Part shown: positions 1 to 10,195 of the stretch, piece after piece
Position numbering within the stretch: the stretch's first letter is position 1
Layout of the letters: each line of letters opens with the position of its first letter
Source: Capsulimonadaceae bacterium
GTDB taxonomy: Bacteria; Armatimonadota; Armatimonadia; Armatimonadales; Capsulimonadaceae
Direction of reading: 5' to 3'
NCBI GenBank assembly: GCA_965215505.1
Contig: OZ244065.1
Location: 2,496,001 to 2,560,000, forward strand
DNA length: 64,000 nucleotides
Position numbers and translations under genes: made by a program
Notes under the pieces: generated by a model
What the model was told of the DNA's origin: nothing
Seen by the model: the letters and a program-made list of their open reading frames with translations, nothing else
Databases searched by the model: none

Positions 1-383
1 GACTCCGGGTGGGCCGCAAGCCCCATCCCGAACCGGTCGGCATGGCGGGCCACGACCAGGCCGGACCCGGCCACCGGCCCGGTGGGCGGGGCAAGGCCGC
101 CCAAGGCCGACCGGGACATCACCAGGAGCGTCCTGGCATGGCGGCTGTGGCTCTGGCTGAGATACTGCGCCTGGTGGCACTCGGCGCAGGCCGCGCTGCC
201 CACGAAGACGGCCGTCGGGACTGTGGCGGACGCAGGGTTTGCGGACGCAGTGGCGGGGAGAGGCGAGGACTCAGGGGCAGACGCTGGGGCGACGGGCGCG
301 CGCCCGCAGCCCACCAGGACGACCAGAAAGGCGTTCGCCGCTAGGGCGGCGAGCAGTGTGCCGCGTAGTGCCGAAAAGCGCAT
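1..383 (-). CDS. c-type cytochrome lipoprotein, probably multiheme (5' part only; runs off the window)
   Basis: Not in the ORF track. Read manually from ATG at 383: MRFSALRGTLLAALAANAFLVVLVGC (lipobox-like), a Pro/Ala linker, then FVGSAACAECHQAQY with a CxxCH heme motif. The frame stays open to position 1. Confidence 0.75.
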   Translation of the reverse strand, partial: MRFSALRGTLLAALAANAFLVVLVGCGRAPVAPASAPESSPLPATASANPASATVPTAVFVGSAACAECHQAQYLSQSHSRHARTLLVMSRSALGGLAPPTGPVAGSGLVVARHADRFGMGLAAHPE

Positions 384-463
384 CCTCGCACCCCCGTTTT
401 CACCCCGTCGCCCCTATTTTCACCAGCCGGCCCGTAAGTTCCTGCCTGGCTTTTGGGCGGCGG

Positions 464-1525
<1,062 letters not shown>

Positions 1526-1606
1526 TCAGTGGGGTTCGCCGTTCTACGTCAGTGTTCTGGGGAGAGTATACCCCGCCGTGCGGCGTGTCAACAGACGCGC
1601 CGTGTG

Positions 1607-2080
1607 TCAGCAGACGGCGACGATCTCGAAGCGGATCAGCCCGCCGGGGGCCGACACCTCGACCTTGTCACCGATGGTGCGGCCCAGCAGGGACTTCGCC
1701 ATCGGGGAGGTGTTGGAGATGCGGTTCTGCATGGCGTCCGCCTCCATGACGCCGACGATGGTATATTCCGTGTCGTCGCCGTCCTCGTCCCGGACGGTCA
1801 CTTTGGAGCCGAGCATGACGGTCTCGCCGCCCGCGACGTAGTCGGCGATCTTGGCGCGGTCCAGCATCTGCTTGATGTTGTTGATCTTGCCGTCCAGGAA
1901 CCCCTGCTGCCGCTTGGCGTCGTGGTAGTCGAAGTTCTCGCTCAGGTCGCCCAGCGACCGGGCGATCTCCAGGCGCTCGCGGATCTCGCGCCGCCCCACC
2001 GTACTCAGGTGTTCCAGTTCCTCCTCCAGCTCCTTGTATTTGGCTGGGGACAGAACGATCTCGTCGTCTTGCATGGGCAT
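1607..2080 (-). CDS. greA: Transcription elongation factor GreA
   Basis: ARSLGDLSENFDYHDAK; ISNTSPMAKSLLG; APGG near the C-terminus. Confidence 0.95.
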   Translation of the reverse strand: MPMQDDEIVLSPAKYKELEEELEHLSTVGRREIRERLEIARSLGDLSENFDYHDAKRQQGFLDGKINNIKQMLDRAKIADYVAGGETVMLGSKVTVRDEDGDDTEYTIVGVMEADAMQNRISNTSPMAKSLLGRTIGDKVEVSAPGGLIRFEIVAVC

Positions 2081-2128
2081 GTGCGCTGCCTTCCTCGGTT
2101 CCTTCGGCTCCGGTTCCTTTAGCTCTCA

Positions 2129-2156
2129 GACAGACAAAAAGACAGACAAAAAGACG
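2129..2156. repeat. 12-bp tandem duplication (GACAGACAAAAA) in the greA 5' leader
   Basis: gacagacaaaaa gacagacaaaaa gac seen directly. Confidence 0.7.
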
Positions 2157-2213
2157 GAAGCCGTTCCCGCAGACTTTAGGCAAGACAGTCCGGGCGTCGG
2201 CTCCGATGGCTTC

Positions 2214-2242
2214 ATCATACCACAGAGCGCGCCCGCTGTCAA
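2214..2242 (-). promoter_or_regulatory. Sigma70-type promoter for greA
   Basis: Minus strand TTGACA-17bp-TATGAT. Confidence 0.7.
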
Positions 2243-2355
2243 TCGCGCGTCAATCTCCGCCTTTTTTAAAACTTAATTGAAACACAGAGCAAATACGGGG
2301 GAGTTGGCATGGTTTATGCAGAAGAGAAAAGAGAACCTCAAGAAAGGAGCCGTGC

Positions 2356-2583
2356 GTGAGAAACGCCTACATCAAGTTTCGTACCGCAGACGACCGCGCC
2401 CTGGGCTGTGAGGAGTTGATCGCCCATTCGCGTGTCAGCCGGCTGTCCAATGACGTCTACTGCATCCCCTGGAGCAGCCTCGCCCTTCTGGATACCCGCG
2501 AGGTGGACTACACGTTCGCCAACGAGGACGACCTGACCAACGCCCGCCCCATCTGGAAGATCGCCGCCGCCGGTGCCTTCTGA
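2356..2583 (+). CDS. Small hypothetical protein
   Basis: GAAAGGAG RBS before GTG; host-like codon usage; 75 aa. Confidence 0.65.
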   Translation: MRNAYIKFRTADDRALGCEELIAHSRVSRLSNDVYCIPWSSLALLDTREVDYTFANEDDLTNARPIWKIAAAGAF

Positions 2584-2678
2584 CTCCATACCTGTCCGTC
2601 CCGGCCTCCCCCGTAATGGATCGGCTGCTGGCTTGTCCCCGCAGCAGCCCCCATTTTCCACGCTTCCATCCCTGTGTG

Positions 2679-3014
2679 CTACTTCTCGTACACCGTCTCG
2701 CCCGCCGGGTAACAGATCAGCTCCATCTGGTTGCCGTCCGGGTCACTGATGTAGATCCCCTTCGTCCCGTCCCGGTGCCGGTCTATGGCCTTGCCTTCCC
2801 GGCTCGCCGCCCGTTCCAAAGTCGCCTCGTCCACCCGGACGGCCGTATGCGGCGGGTGCTGGGTCGGCGTCACCAGAGCCAGCTTCCCCTGCCCCAGCTT
2901 CAGGAAGGCCCAGGTCGCATCCTGGTACAGCACCTCTGCGCCAAACTCCCGCACATACCAGTCCACCGAGGCCGCGATGTCCCGCGACGGCACGGCCACA
3001 TGATCGAGTTCCAT
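2679..3014 (-). CDS. VOC/glyoxalase family protein
   Basis: MELDHVAVPSRDIAASVDWY...IYISDPDGNQMELI. ATG at 3014 is preferred over the track start. Confidence 0.9.
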   Translation of the reverse strand: MELDHVAVPSRDIAASVDWYVREFGAEVLYQDATWAFLKLGQGKLALVTPTQHPPHTAVRVDEATLERAASREGKAIDRHRDGTKGIYISDPDGNQMELICYPAGETVYEK

Positions 3015-3037
3015 ACTTCGGCTCTTCTCTAAGGCGG

Positions 3038-3373
3038 TCAACCCGCCGCGAACTCCGTGTCTTTCCAGCGGGAAGGGTGCTTGAATCCCAGCACGATGCG
3101 GTCTTTAGGCACACCCGCCGCGACCAGATCCTCCGCGACGCCATCCTCCGTGCCATCCTGCTGAATCCAGAGCTTCCCGCCCAGTACGTCAATGTGCAGC
3201 AGCGGCCCGTAGATGCGATACCCGTCCTCCCAGCCGACTTCCACGAGGAGGTAGTGATCGCCCGCCCGGTCAAATATCGTCTCGCAGACGATCTCCGCGT
3301 CGGTCGTCAGGAACTCGGCGTACTCCGTCAGCACCCGCTCCACGGCGGCCCGGTAGGCGTTTAAGGCATCCAT
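3038..3373 (-). CDS. xisI: XisI family protein
   Basis: DHYLLVEVGW...LHIDVLGGKLWIQQDGTEDGVAEDLVAAGVPKDRIVLGF; overlaps xisH. Confidence 0.9.
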   Translation of the reverse strand: MDALNAYRAAVERVLTEYAEFLTTDAEIVCETIFDRAGDHYLLVEVGWEDGYRIYGPLLHIDVLGGKLWIQQDGTEDGVAEDLVAAGVPKDRIVLGFKHPSRWKDTEFAAG

Positions 3374-3780
3374 TGGACAATCGCCTCCCGGTCGGGGTCG
3401 AAGGAGAATAGGCGGACGACCCCGTCTTCCAGCATCACCTGGCCCGCCTCTTCCTCGAAGACACTGCGCCGCGCCGTTTCCGGCAGGGCCAAATAAAGAA
3501 TCCTTTCAGGCTCGGACCGCCTCAACAGGTGCGCGTACAGCACGAACTGTCCGACGGCATCTTCCAAATCCTTCATGTCCGAAGAGCGCCCAAAGCCTTT
3601 GATCTCCACCGCGATCTTTTCCGGCCCCCGCTCCGCCGCCAGCAGCCGTTCCGCGCCCAGGTCCACAAACAGGTTCTTGCCCCGCCGCAAGCGGAGCCGG
3701 AGCGGGTCATGCGTGATCGTCCAGCCGTCTTTGACCAGGGCGTTCTTGACAGTATCATGGTAGAGGTCGTGGGCGGGCAT
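3361..3780 (-). CDS. xisH: XisH family protein (PD-(D/E)XK fold)
   Basis: MPAHDLYHDTVKNALVKDGWTITHDP...DLGAE...IAVEIK...AVGQF...LYLA. Confidence 0.92.
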   Translation of the reverse strand: MPAHDLYHDTVKNALVKDGWTITHDPLRLRLRRGKNLFVDLGAERLLAAERGPEKIAVEIKGFGRSSDMKDLEDAVGQFVLYAHLLRRSEPERILYLALPETARRSVFEEEAGQVMLEDGVVRLFSFDPDREAIVQWMP

Positions 3781-3786
3781 GATGCT

Positions 3787-4302
3787 CTACATCGCCCCAC
3801 TTTTGCCGAACAGCCACCCAGGTTCCAAGCCCGCCGCCGCGCACAAAGGCTGGTTTTCCAGGCGCAGTGCCGTCAGATCCTGCTCTCGTGCCTCGTTCTT
3901 TTCGCCTGCTTTGTCATCTTTGGCAAAGTGACTGCTAGGGAGTTGGTCGAGCAGGCTGATTTGGTCGAGCAGGCTGATTTGGTCGAGCAGGCTGATTTGA
4001 TCGAGCAACCGGCGAGTATCCTCAGAAACCGCAGCCCGCTCCGCCTGTCGGGCCTCCCTCTCCTCCGCCTCATGGCTATCCGGTGCCATTTCTTCCGTCA
4101 TTCGTTCAACTTGTGCCAGGAGAAGCCGCGCCCGCACCCTATGCCATGCTTCTTCCTCCTTGGAAGGCTCCGGCATGGCGAACAGGTAGCTCAGGCTGCC
4201 CAGCGCAAGTTGCTCGGGCGTAATCCCCTGTTGCCGCGCCTGCTCCGCAATGGCGCTTTCTATCTCAGGAGTGAGTGTGATGGTCAATGGTCTAGTCTCC
4301 AC
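3787..4302 (-). CDS. Antitoxin-like protein, paralog of 4713-4961, with LLDQIS repeats
   Basis: N-terminal TITLTPEIESAIAEQARQQGITPEQL closely matches the upstream antitoxin. Confidence 0.65.
   Translation of the reverse strand: METRPLTITLTPEIESAIAEQARQQGITPEQLALGSLSYLFAMPEPSKEEEAWHRVRARLLLAQVERMTEEMAPDSHEAEEREARQAERAAVSEDTRRLLDQISLLDQISLLDQISLLDQLPSSHFAKDDKAGEKNEAREQDLTALRLENQPLCAAAGLEPGWLFGKSGAM
3943..4007. repeat. 18-bp tandem repeat, about 3.6 copies (encodes LLDQIS)
   Basis: ttggtcgagcaggctgat x3 followed by ttgatcgagca. Confidence 0.9.
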
Positions 4303-4305
4303 TGC

Positions 4306-4713
4306 CTATGGCTTGAGCCAGTTGTCGCGGGACAGGTTCGGGATGCGCTTGAAGTGGTTCTCGTTGTTGGTCACGCAAACCAACCCGTTCTCCATGGCCG
4401 TAGCAGCAATCAAGATGTCCGCATCCCCGATCAACTGCCCGCGCTGATGCAGATCGCCGTAAATGGCAGCCGCCCGTTGAACCACGGCATCTGTCAGGGG
4501 CAGAACTTCGCTGACCGCACAAAGGCTTTCAAACGCGGTGATCTGAACCAGCGCATTTTTGGCCCTCAGCCCGCGCAGGACTTCATAGCGAGTGATGAGC
4601 GAGAACGTCAGTATCCGGTAGGTCGCCAGGTAGCTGCGCGAGTGCGAGAGCGCAACCGGGTTCTGCTTGATGACGGCCGAGAGTGTGTCCGTGTCCAGCA
4701 AAGCCTTCGGCAT
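4306..4713 (-). CDS. vapC: PIN-domain (VapC) toxin
   Basis: LLDTDTLS...YEVLRG...DILIAATA...VTNNENHF. Confidence 0.92.
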   Translation of the reverse strand: MPKALLDTDTLSAVIKQNPVALSHSRSYLATYRILTFSLITRYEVLRGLRAKNALVQITAFESLCAVSEVLPLTDAVVQRAAAIYGDLHQRGQLIGDADILIAATAMENGLVCVTNNENHFKRIPNLSRDNWLKP

Positions 4714-4961
4714 TAGAAGGACTGCCTCGACCCGGCGAAGTTGCTCCGGTCAAGGGCGATCTTCTCCACGTCCGTGACTTCCTGCTCCGACAGCCCTGCA
4801 TACACCTGGGCTGCAAGCCCCAAAATCTCGTCCGGCGTCATCTTGGGCGCGACGAAGAGGCTCCGCAGGCTGTCCGAAACAAGCCGCTCTGGGGTTGTCC
4901 CTTCCCGTTGGGCCTGCTCCGCAACGGCGTTCTCTAGCTCAGGAGTGAGTGTAATGGTCAT
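4713..4961 (-). CDS. Putative antitoxin (VapB-like)
   Basis: 82 aa, stop overlaps the vapC start, possible DNA-binding N-terminus. Confidence 0.75.
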   Translation of the reverse strand: MTITLTPELENAVAEQAQREGTTPERLVSDSLRSLFVAPKMTPDEILGLAAQVYAGLSEQEVTDVEKIALDRSNFAGSRQSF

Positions 4962-5076
4962 CAGTCAGGTTTCCTCTGCATCTACTGTATCCGGTCGCCC
5001 TTGCTCCTGTTGCACACCTCGCACGCAACTCCACGTTCCGCGCCGTGTTGCTGTTGCAAGTGAGAGAGGGGCAATG

Positions 5077-5493
5077 TTACAGGCTCAAAGGCACCAAATC
5101 AGCCTGCCAAATATCTAGGGTGCGGAATATTGGCAAGGCTTCACCTCGTAGAACGGTCCAGCCTTCCGGTAATTCGCTCGTTCCCATATGAAAATCCAGG
5201 CGCTCAGCAAATTCGAGTGACACTGCTACCTGAGCCAAGGCTGGGCAGGCTTGGAAATGCGACGGGAAGAACGCTATACAAGCATCAAGCAGAGCATAGG
5301 GGTTGTCAGACCCGGCTGGGATGATTGTCTCAATCTTCCCAATTGGCTTTATGGTCTGGTCAAAGTAATGCACTTGAAGCCATTGTCGGTCTGAGTTGCC
5401 GACTAAGATCTGGAAGAAGATCGGGTTAACACCATCTGCTCCCTGGAAGCCACCTAAGCCTCCAACACAATAAATCTTGGAAAATCCTGCCAT
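5077..5493 (-). CDS. Hypothetical protein (lower GC)
   Basis: MAGFSKIYCVGGLGGFQGADG...; AAAGGAG RBS; directly downstream of 5522-6385. Confidence 0.7.
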   Translation of the reverse strand: MAGFSKIYCVGGLGGFQGADGVNPIFFQILVGNSDRQWLQVHYFDQTIKPIGKIETIIPAGSDNPYALLDACIAFFPSHFQACPALAQVAVSLEFAERLDFHMGTSELPEGWTVLRGEALPIFRTLDIWQADLVPLSL

Positions 5494-5521
5494 CAAAGCT
5501 CCTTTAGAACCGCTAGCCTTT

Positions 5522-6385
5522 TCAACCAAAGGGGCTTTTATTCTGTTCCGCGCCGCTCTCTGCAAACGCCTTGTCTAGAGTGTACCGGAATATCTTCAAC
5601 AATTCCTCTAGAGAGGCATTGATCCGCTCATAGTCCCGCACGACGCCCTTACCACGATGCGTGATATTAGAGCGTATCTGATAGTAGTATTCCAGGGACT
5701 TCTTTGGATTGCTAGGATCAAGTAACGCCTTCTTATCAGGCTGATCCGCTCGAAAAACGATACGATCTTCGGTGACAAAGCGTTTTAGAGCCTCAGCAAA
5801 AGCTAGCTCGCCAGCTAGAGCATTTATTTTAGGCATCACCTTATCGCCCAAGTGGTATCGGAGCGACACATAGCGCTCAATGGCTGACCACAACAACAGG
5901 TAGGCCATCTGTAGCCGAAACAGGGGCTTCAGGTCCCACTCAAAGACGGCGTTAGCCTGTAGAGTCTCATCTATTACTTCCAAGGCAGCCGTAAACAACG
6001 GATCATTTCTGCCATCCCATTCCTCATCCTCAAAGGGGATGCTTCCCTTTGTGGGGCTTCTACCGAACAACACGTTAACGTCTGTGCCCTGAACTGATGC
6101 AACACCCCAATAGTAATGCTTGTCAGGCTCGATTTCGGCAATTCTTCGATAAGCGGCCTCAACAGCCTCGGGTTTGAAGGTAAGTATGATGCCGATACAA
6201 GTGCCTGAGTGTCTAGGCTTTTGATTGATTATGGGAAGACCGTCCCGAATTAGCAACTCGCCCTTGATTTCACAACCTGGTTTTGTCTCCACAACCAAAT
6301 CTTTTAAGCGAAGGTAGCCAAGTTGGCCTGGCTTGAATATACCGTATGCGAAAAAGGGGTTGGTTATGTCAGGTGGATTATCCAT
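5522..6385 (-). CDS. GGCT-like N-terminal domain fused to a HEPN-like C-terminal domain
   Basis: N-terminal PFFAYGIFKPG resembles the gamma-glutamylcyclotransferase signature. Helical C-terminus has LWSAIERY and YQIRSNITHRGK (RxxxxH). Confidence 0.65.
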   Translation of the reverse strand: MDNPPDITNPFFAYGIFKPGQLGYLRLKDLVVETKPGCEIKGELLIRDGLPIINQKPRHSGTCIGIILTFKPEAVEAAYRRIAEIEPDKHYYWGVASVQGTDVNVLFGRSPTKGSIPFEDEEWDGRNDPLFTAALEVIDETLQANAVFEWDLKPLFRLQMAYLLLWSAIERYVSLRYHLGDKVMPKINALAGELAFAEALKRFVTEDRIVFRADQPDKKALLDPSNPKKSLEYYYQIRSNITHRGKGVVRDYERINASLEELLKIFRYTLDKAFAESGAEQNKSPFG

Positions 6386-6421
6386 GTTTTCCTCTAGGTC
6401 CCATTATACCACCAAAAAGAA

Positions 6422-6452
6422 GGGGGCAAGCTGCTGGTACAGCCTGCCCCCT
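6422..6452 (-). terminator. Intrinsic terminator after ppdK
   Basis: GGGGGCA..GCTG/CAGC..TGCCCCC hairpin followed by TTCTTTTT on the minus strand. Confidence 0.7.
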
Positions 6453-6468
6453 CCGTCACGTCACGACC

Positions 6469-9144
6469 CTAGCGGTCGCGGTTGCTGCCGCCGTCCTTGA
6501 GGTTGGCCTGGGCCGCCGCCAGGCGCGCGATGGGGACGCGGTAGGGGGAGCAGGAGACGTAGTTCAGGCCGATCTTGTGGCAGAAGGCGACCGAGGCCGG
6601 CTCGCCGCCGTGCTCGCCGCAGATGCCCAGCTTGATGTTCGGGCGGACCTTCTTGGCGAGTTCGACGCTGATCTCCATCAGCTTGCCGACGCCGTTCTGG
6701 TCGATGGACTCGAAGGGGTCGCCGGGGAGGATCTTCTGGGCGACGTAGGGCTTCAGGAACTTGTCCGAGTCGTCGCGGCTGAACCCGAAGGTCATCTGCG
6801 TCAGGTCGTTGGTGCCGAACGAGAAGAACTCGGCCTCCTCAGCGATCTCGTCCGAGGTCAGGGCGGCGCGCGGGATCTCGATCATGGTCCCGAACATGTA
6901 GTCGATGGTTTCGCCGTGCGATTCGGTGACTTGCTTGGCGACCCGCTCCAGGTTGGTGCGGACGGCCTTCAGCTCGTTGACGTGGCCGACGAGCGGGATC
7001 ATGATCTCCGGGTGCGGGTCCGCGCCGTTCTTCTTGGCGGCGATGGCCCCTTCCAGGATGGCGCGCGTCTGCATCTCGACGATGCCGGGGAAGACGATGG
7101 ACAGACGGCAGCCGCGCAGGCCCATCATGGGGTTGATCTCGTGCATCCCCTCCACCTTGTGCAGCAGGTCGGCCTTCTCGGCAAGCTCGGGGCTGTCCGG
7201 CGAGGTGGCCTTGAGCGTGGCGACCTCGGCGATGAGCGAGTCCATGGAGGGCAGGAACTCGTGCAGGGGCGGGTCAATCAGGCGGATGGTGGCGGGGCGG
7301 CTGCCGAGGGCTTCAAAGATGCCCTGGAAGTCGTTGCGCTGGAAGGGCAGCAGGGCGTCAAGCTGGACCTTGCGGTCCTCCTCGGTGGCGGCCAGGATCA
7401 TGGCCTGGACGATGGGGCGGCGGTCCTCGGCGAAGAACATATGCTCCGTGCGGCACAGGCCGACGCCTTCCGCGCCGAACTTGATGGCGAGGGCCACGTC
7501 TTCGGGCGTGTCCGCATTGGTGCGGACGCCCAGACGCTTGACGTCGTCGGCCCAGCCCAGTAGGGTGCCGAACTCGCCGGTCATCTCGGGGTCCACGACT
7601 TCGACGGTCCCGTCAATGACTTCGCCCAGGGTGCCGTTCAGGGAGATCGGGTCGCCCTCGTTGATGGTCTTGCCGTTGACGGTGAACGAGCGCGGGCCGA
7701 CGGAGATGTCGGAGCAGCCGGCGACGGTGGGGATGCCAAAGCCGCGTGCGACCAGGGCCGCGTGGCTGGTCATGCCGCCGCGCTCGGTCAGGACGCCCTC
7801 GGCGGCCAGCATCCCCTTGAGGTCGTCGGGGGAGGTGTCGGCGCGAACCAGAATGACGCGCTTGCCCTCGCCGCCCTTGCCCATCTCGGCGGCGCGGGTG
7901 GCGTCGAAGACGGCGACGCCGGTGGCCGCGCCCGGCCCGGCGGGAAGGCCGGTCGCGAGCAGGGTGTACTTGGCGCCCGGCTTGATGATCGGGTGCAGGC
8001 ACTGGTCAAGAAGCTCGGGGTTGATGCGGGCGAGCGCGGTCTCCTTGGAAATCAGGCCCTCGTTGACGAGGTCCACGGCGATCTTGACGGCGGCAGGCCC
8101 GGTGCGCTTGCCCGAGCGGCACTGGAGGATGAACAGCTTGTTGTGCTCGATGGTGAACTCGATGTCCTGCATGTCCTTGTAGTGCAGCTCCAGGCGGGAA
8201 CAGATCTCGTCGAACTGGCGGTACATCTCGGGGTTTTGGGTCTTGAGTTGGGAGATGGGCATGGGGGTGCGGACGCCCGCAACGACGTCCTCGCCCTGGG
8301 CGTTCATCAGGTACTCGCCGAAGACCTCTTTGTTGCCGTCGGAGGCGTTGCGGGTGAAGGCGACGCCGGTGCCGCAGTCCTCGCCCTGGTTGCCGAAGAC
8401 CATGCTCTGGATGTTGACGGCGGTGCCCAGATCATCGCTGATCTTCTCGCGCTGCCGGTACAGGATGGCGCGGTCGTTGTTCCAGGACTTCCAGACGGCG
8501 GCGACGGAGTCCTGAAGCTGGACGATGGGGTCCTGGGGGAACTCGTGGCCGGCATTCGTCTTGATGTGGGCCTTGTAGGTCTCGCAGAGCTGCTTCAGAT
8601 GCTCGCCGTTGACCTGAAGGTCGTCGGTGACGCCGAGGTCCTTCTTCATGGCGTAGAAGATGTGTTCGAAGTCGTGCTTGGCGAGGTGGTTGGTGCCGTC
8701 GGAGTAGGCGACGTCCGAGAGCATCATCAGGAAGCGCCGGTAGCTGTCATAGACGAACCGCTCGTTGCCGGTGAGCTTGATCAGCCCTTCCACGGTGGCA
8801 TCGTTGAGGCCGAGGTTCAGGACGGTGTCCATCATGCCGGGCATGGAGAACTTGGCACCCGAGCGGACCGAGACGAGCAGCGGGTTTGATGCGTCGCCCA
8901 GCTTCTTGCCGGTCTTGGTCTCGACGGCGGCCAGGGCGGCCTTGATCTCGTCCATCAGGCCGTCGGGGAAGTGCCCGCCGTTCTTGGTGTACTCGTTACA
9001 GGTGTCGGTCGTGATGGTGAAGCCGGGGGGGACGGGCAGCCCGATGTTGCTCATCTCGCAAAGGTTCGCGCCCTTGCCTCCCAGTTCATCACGCATCGTT
9101 GCGTTGCCCTCTTCAAAGAGCCACACGCGCTTGGTGTCTGACAT
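6469..9144 (-). CDS. ppdK: Pyruvate, phosphate dikinase
   Basis: LGGKGANL; PLLVSVRSGA..SMPGMMDT; GGMTSHAA phospho-His motif; FSFGTNDLTQ; GICGEHGG. Confidence 0.98.
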   Translation of the reverse strand: MSDTKRVWLFEEGNATMRDELGGKGANLCEMSNIGLPVPPGFTITTDTCNEYTKNGGHFPDGLMDEIKAALAAVETKTGKKLGDASNPLLVSVRSGAKFSMPGMMDTVLNLGLNDATVEGLIKLTGNERFVYDSYRRFLMMLSDVAYSDGTNHLAKHDFEHIFYAMKKDLGVTDDLQVNGEHLKQLCETYKAHIKTNAGHEFPQDPIVQLQDSVAAVWKSWNNDRAILYRQREKISDDLGTAVNIQSMVFGNQGEDCGTGVAFTRNASDGNKEVFGEYLMNAQGEDVVAGVRTPMPISQLKTQNPEMYRQFDEICSRLELHYKDMQDIEFTIEHNKLFILQCRSGKRTGPAAVKIAVDLVNEGLISKETALARINPELLDQCLHPIIKPGAKYTLLATGLPAGPGAATGVAVFDATRAAEMGKGGEGKRVILVRADTSPDDLKGMLAAEGVLTERGGMTSHAALVARGFGIPTVAGCSDISVGPRSFTVNGKTINEGDPISLNGTLGEVIDGTVEVVDPEMTGEFGTLLGWADDVKRLGVRTNADTPEDVALAIKFGAEGVGLCRTEHMFFAEDRRPIVQAMILAATEEDRKVQLDALLPFQRNDFQGIFEALGSRPATIRLIDPPLHEFLPSMDSLIAEVATLKATSPDSPELAEKADLLHKVEGMHEINPMMGLRGCRLSIVFPGIVEMQTRAILEGAIAAKKNGADPHPEIMIPLVGHVNELKAVRTNLERVAKQVTESHGETIDYMFGTMIEIPRAALTSDEIAEEAEFFSFGTNDLTQMTFGFSRDDSDKFLKPYVAQKILPGDPFESIDQNGVGKLMEISVELAKKVRPNIKLGICGEHGGEPASVAFCHKIGLNYVSCSPYRVPIARLAAAQANLKDGGSNRDR

Positions 9145-9235
9145 TCGTTTCTCCTCTAGTGTCGTACTTTAGCTTGTCATCTTGTTTGTCGTGAGTTCGT
9201 TTTCGCAAAATCGTAAGGTTTCGGGCCGCACTGAC

Positions 9236-9569
9236 CTACAGCGGCTCAATGCTCACAATGCCGCCGTCTCGGCCCTGAAATTGTACATCGCTGTCTTCCA
9301 GCAGTGTCATCCCAATCAAGGGCTCGCCTTCCAGTGCTAGCACTTCGACATCGCGTTCCTCGCCATCCCAAAGCAGCGCCACTTGGTAGACTTCCAATAA
9401 CAGCGGACTACCATCTGCCAAACCAGCGGGTTGAAGGCACAGGAATGGCAGTGCAAGTTTCGCACAAGCCTCTGGAGCAAGCGTAGCAACACCTAAATCC
9501 ACTGTCCAACACGAACTCGACATCCGCCGTTTGCCCCTCGGGACCAGAAAGGACAAGCCCTGTAATCAC
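9236..9569 (-). pseudogene. Frameshifted clan AA aspartic protease
   Basis: GTG at 9569 (overlapping the upstream stop) gives VITGLVLSGPEGQTADVEFVLDSGF. The C-terminal LADGS...LIGMTLL part is in another frame; shift near 9495. Confidence 0.7.
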
Positions 9570-9832
9570 TGTTTGGTCAGTCTCGGGCCGCTGATGCTCT
9601 CAACGAAAGGAAAGCCTACGCGGATGCCGTACAACGCTGCTCCCGGACGCTTGGCGAGGGCACGCTTATTGGCCGCCAGCGAGTCAGGCCTGATCTCGTA
9701 CTCGCCTGACTCGATATCAATGATCACGGCTTGGCCTTTGTATTCTTTTTCTAGTTGGCCGCGCAGGCGGGAGGCATAGATCTCCTCACCCCGCCGTGCG
9801 ATCTCTTCGTTTGTAAAGCGTGGGTGCGGCAT
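9566..9832 (-). CDS. Small hypothetical protein of the type usually paired with clan AA aspartic proteases
   Basis: EEIARRGEEIY...YKGQAVIIDIESGEYEI...IRVG; translationally coupled to the protease. Confidence 0.75.
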   Translation of the reverse strand: MPHPRFTNEEIARRGEEIYASRLRGQLEKEYKGQAVIIDIESGEYEIRPDSLAANKRALAKRPGAALYGIRVGFPFVESISGPRLTKQ

Positions 9833-9874
9833 GACTTGTTTTCCCTCCCCAGGAGTGGGTTCGTTTTGACAATT

Positions 9875-10195
9875 TCAGGCGTTTGCCGTAGCGAGTTCCC
9901 GTCCCTGCTTCTGGGCAGCCTCACCGCGCTTCATGTTCTCGTCGAAGTTCCGGGTCAAGCCCTGAAAGCCGTCGAAGGCTTCTTCAATGCCTTGCAAATG
10001 GCGGCGGAAGAGCGACGGCGTTTCTTCCCCGTCTTCCGCATGGAAGTCGTTCATCAGCATGAACCCGAGGGCGTCCGCATGGTCGAGTATCCGCGCTAAG
10101 ACCTGTGGGTCAGTGTTTTTGTACCCCACGTAGCGCGTGAAGGTGATTACCCTATGAATCGCTCGAATACCGCTGTCGAAAAAGTTCGGGTTCAT
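9875..10195 (-). CDS. Hypothetical helical protein (possible immunity/antitoxin)
   Basis: MNPNFFDSGIRAIHRV...; overlaps the end of 10152-10481. ATG at 10195 preferred. Confidence 0.6.
   Translation of the reverse strand: MNPNFFDSGIRAIHRVITFTRYVGYKNTDPQVLARILDHADALGFMLMNDFHAEDGEETPSLFRRHLQGIEEAFDGFQGLTRNFDENMKRGEAAQKQGRELATANA

Noticed and set aside
1565-1591. TTGACA/TATACT promoter for moxR
   Set aside because: Spacing is only 15 bp and overlaps a hairpin; not confident.
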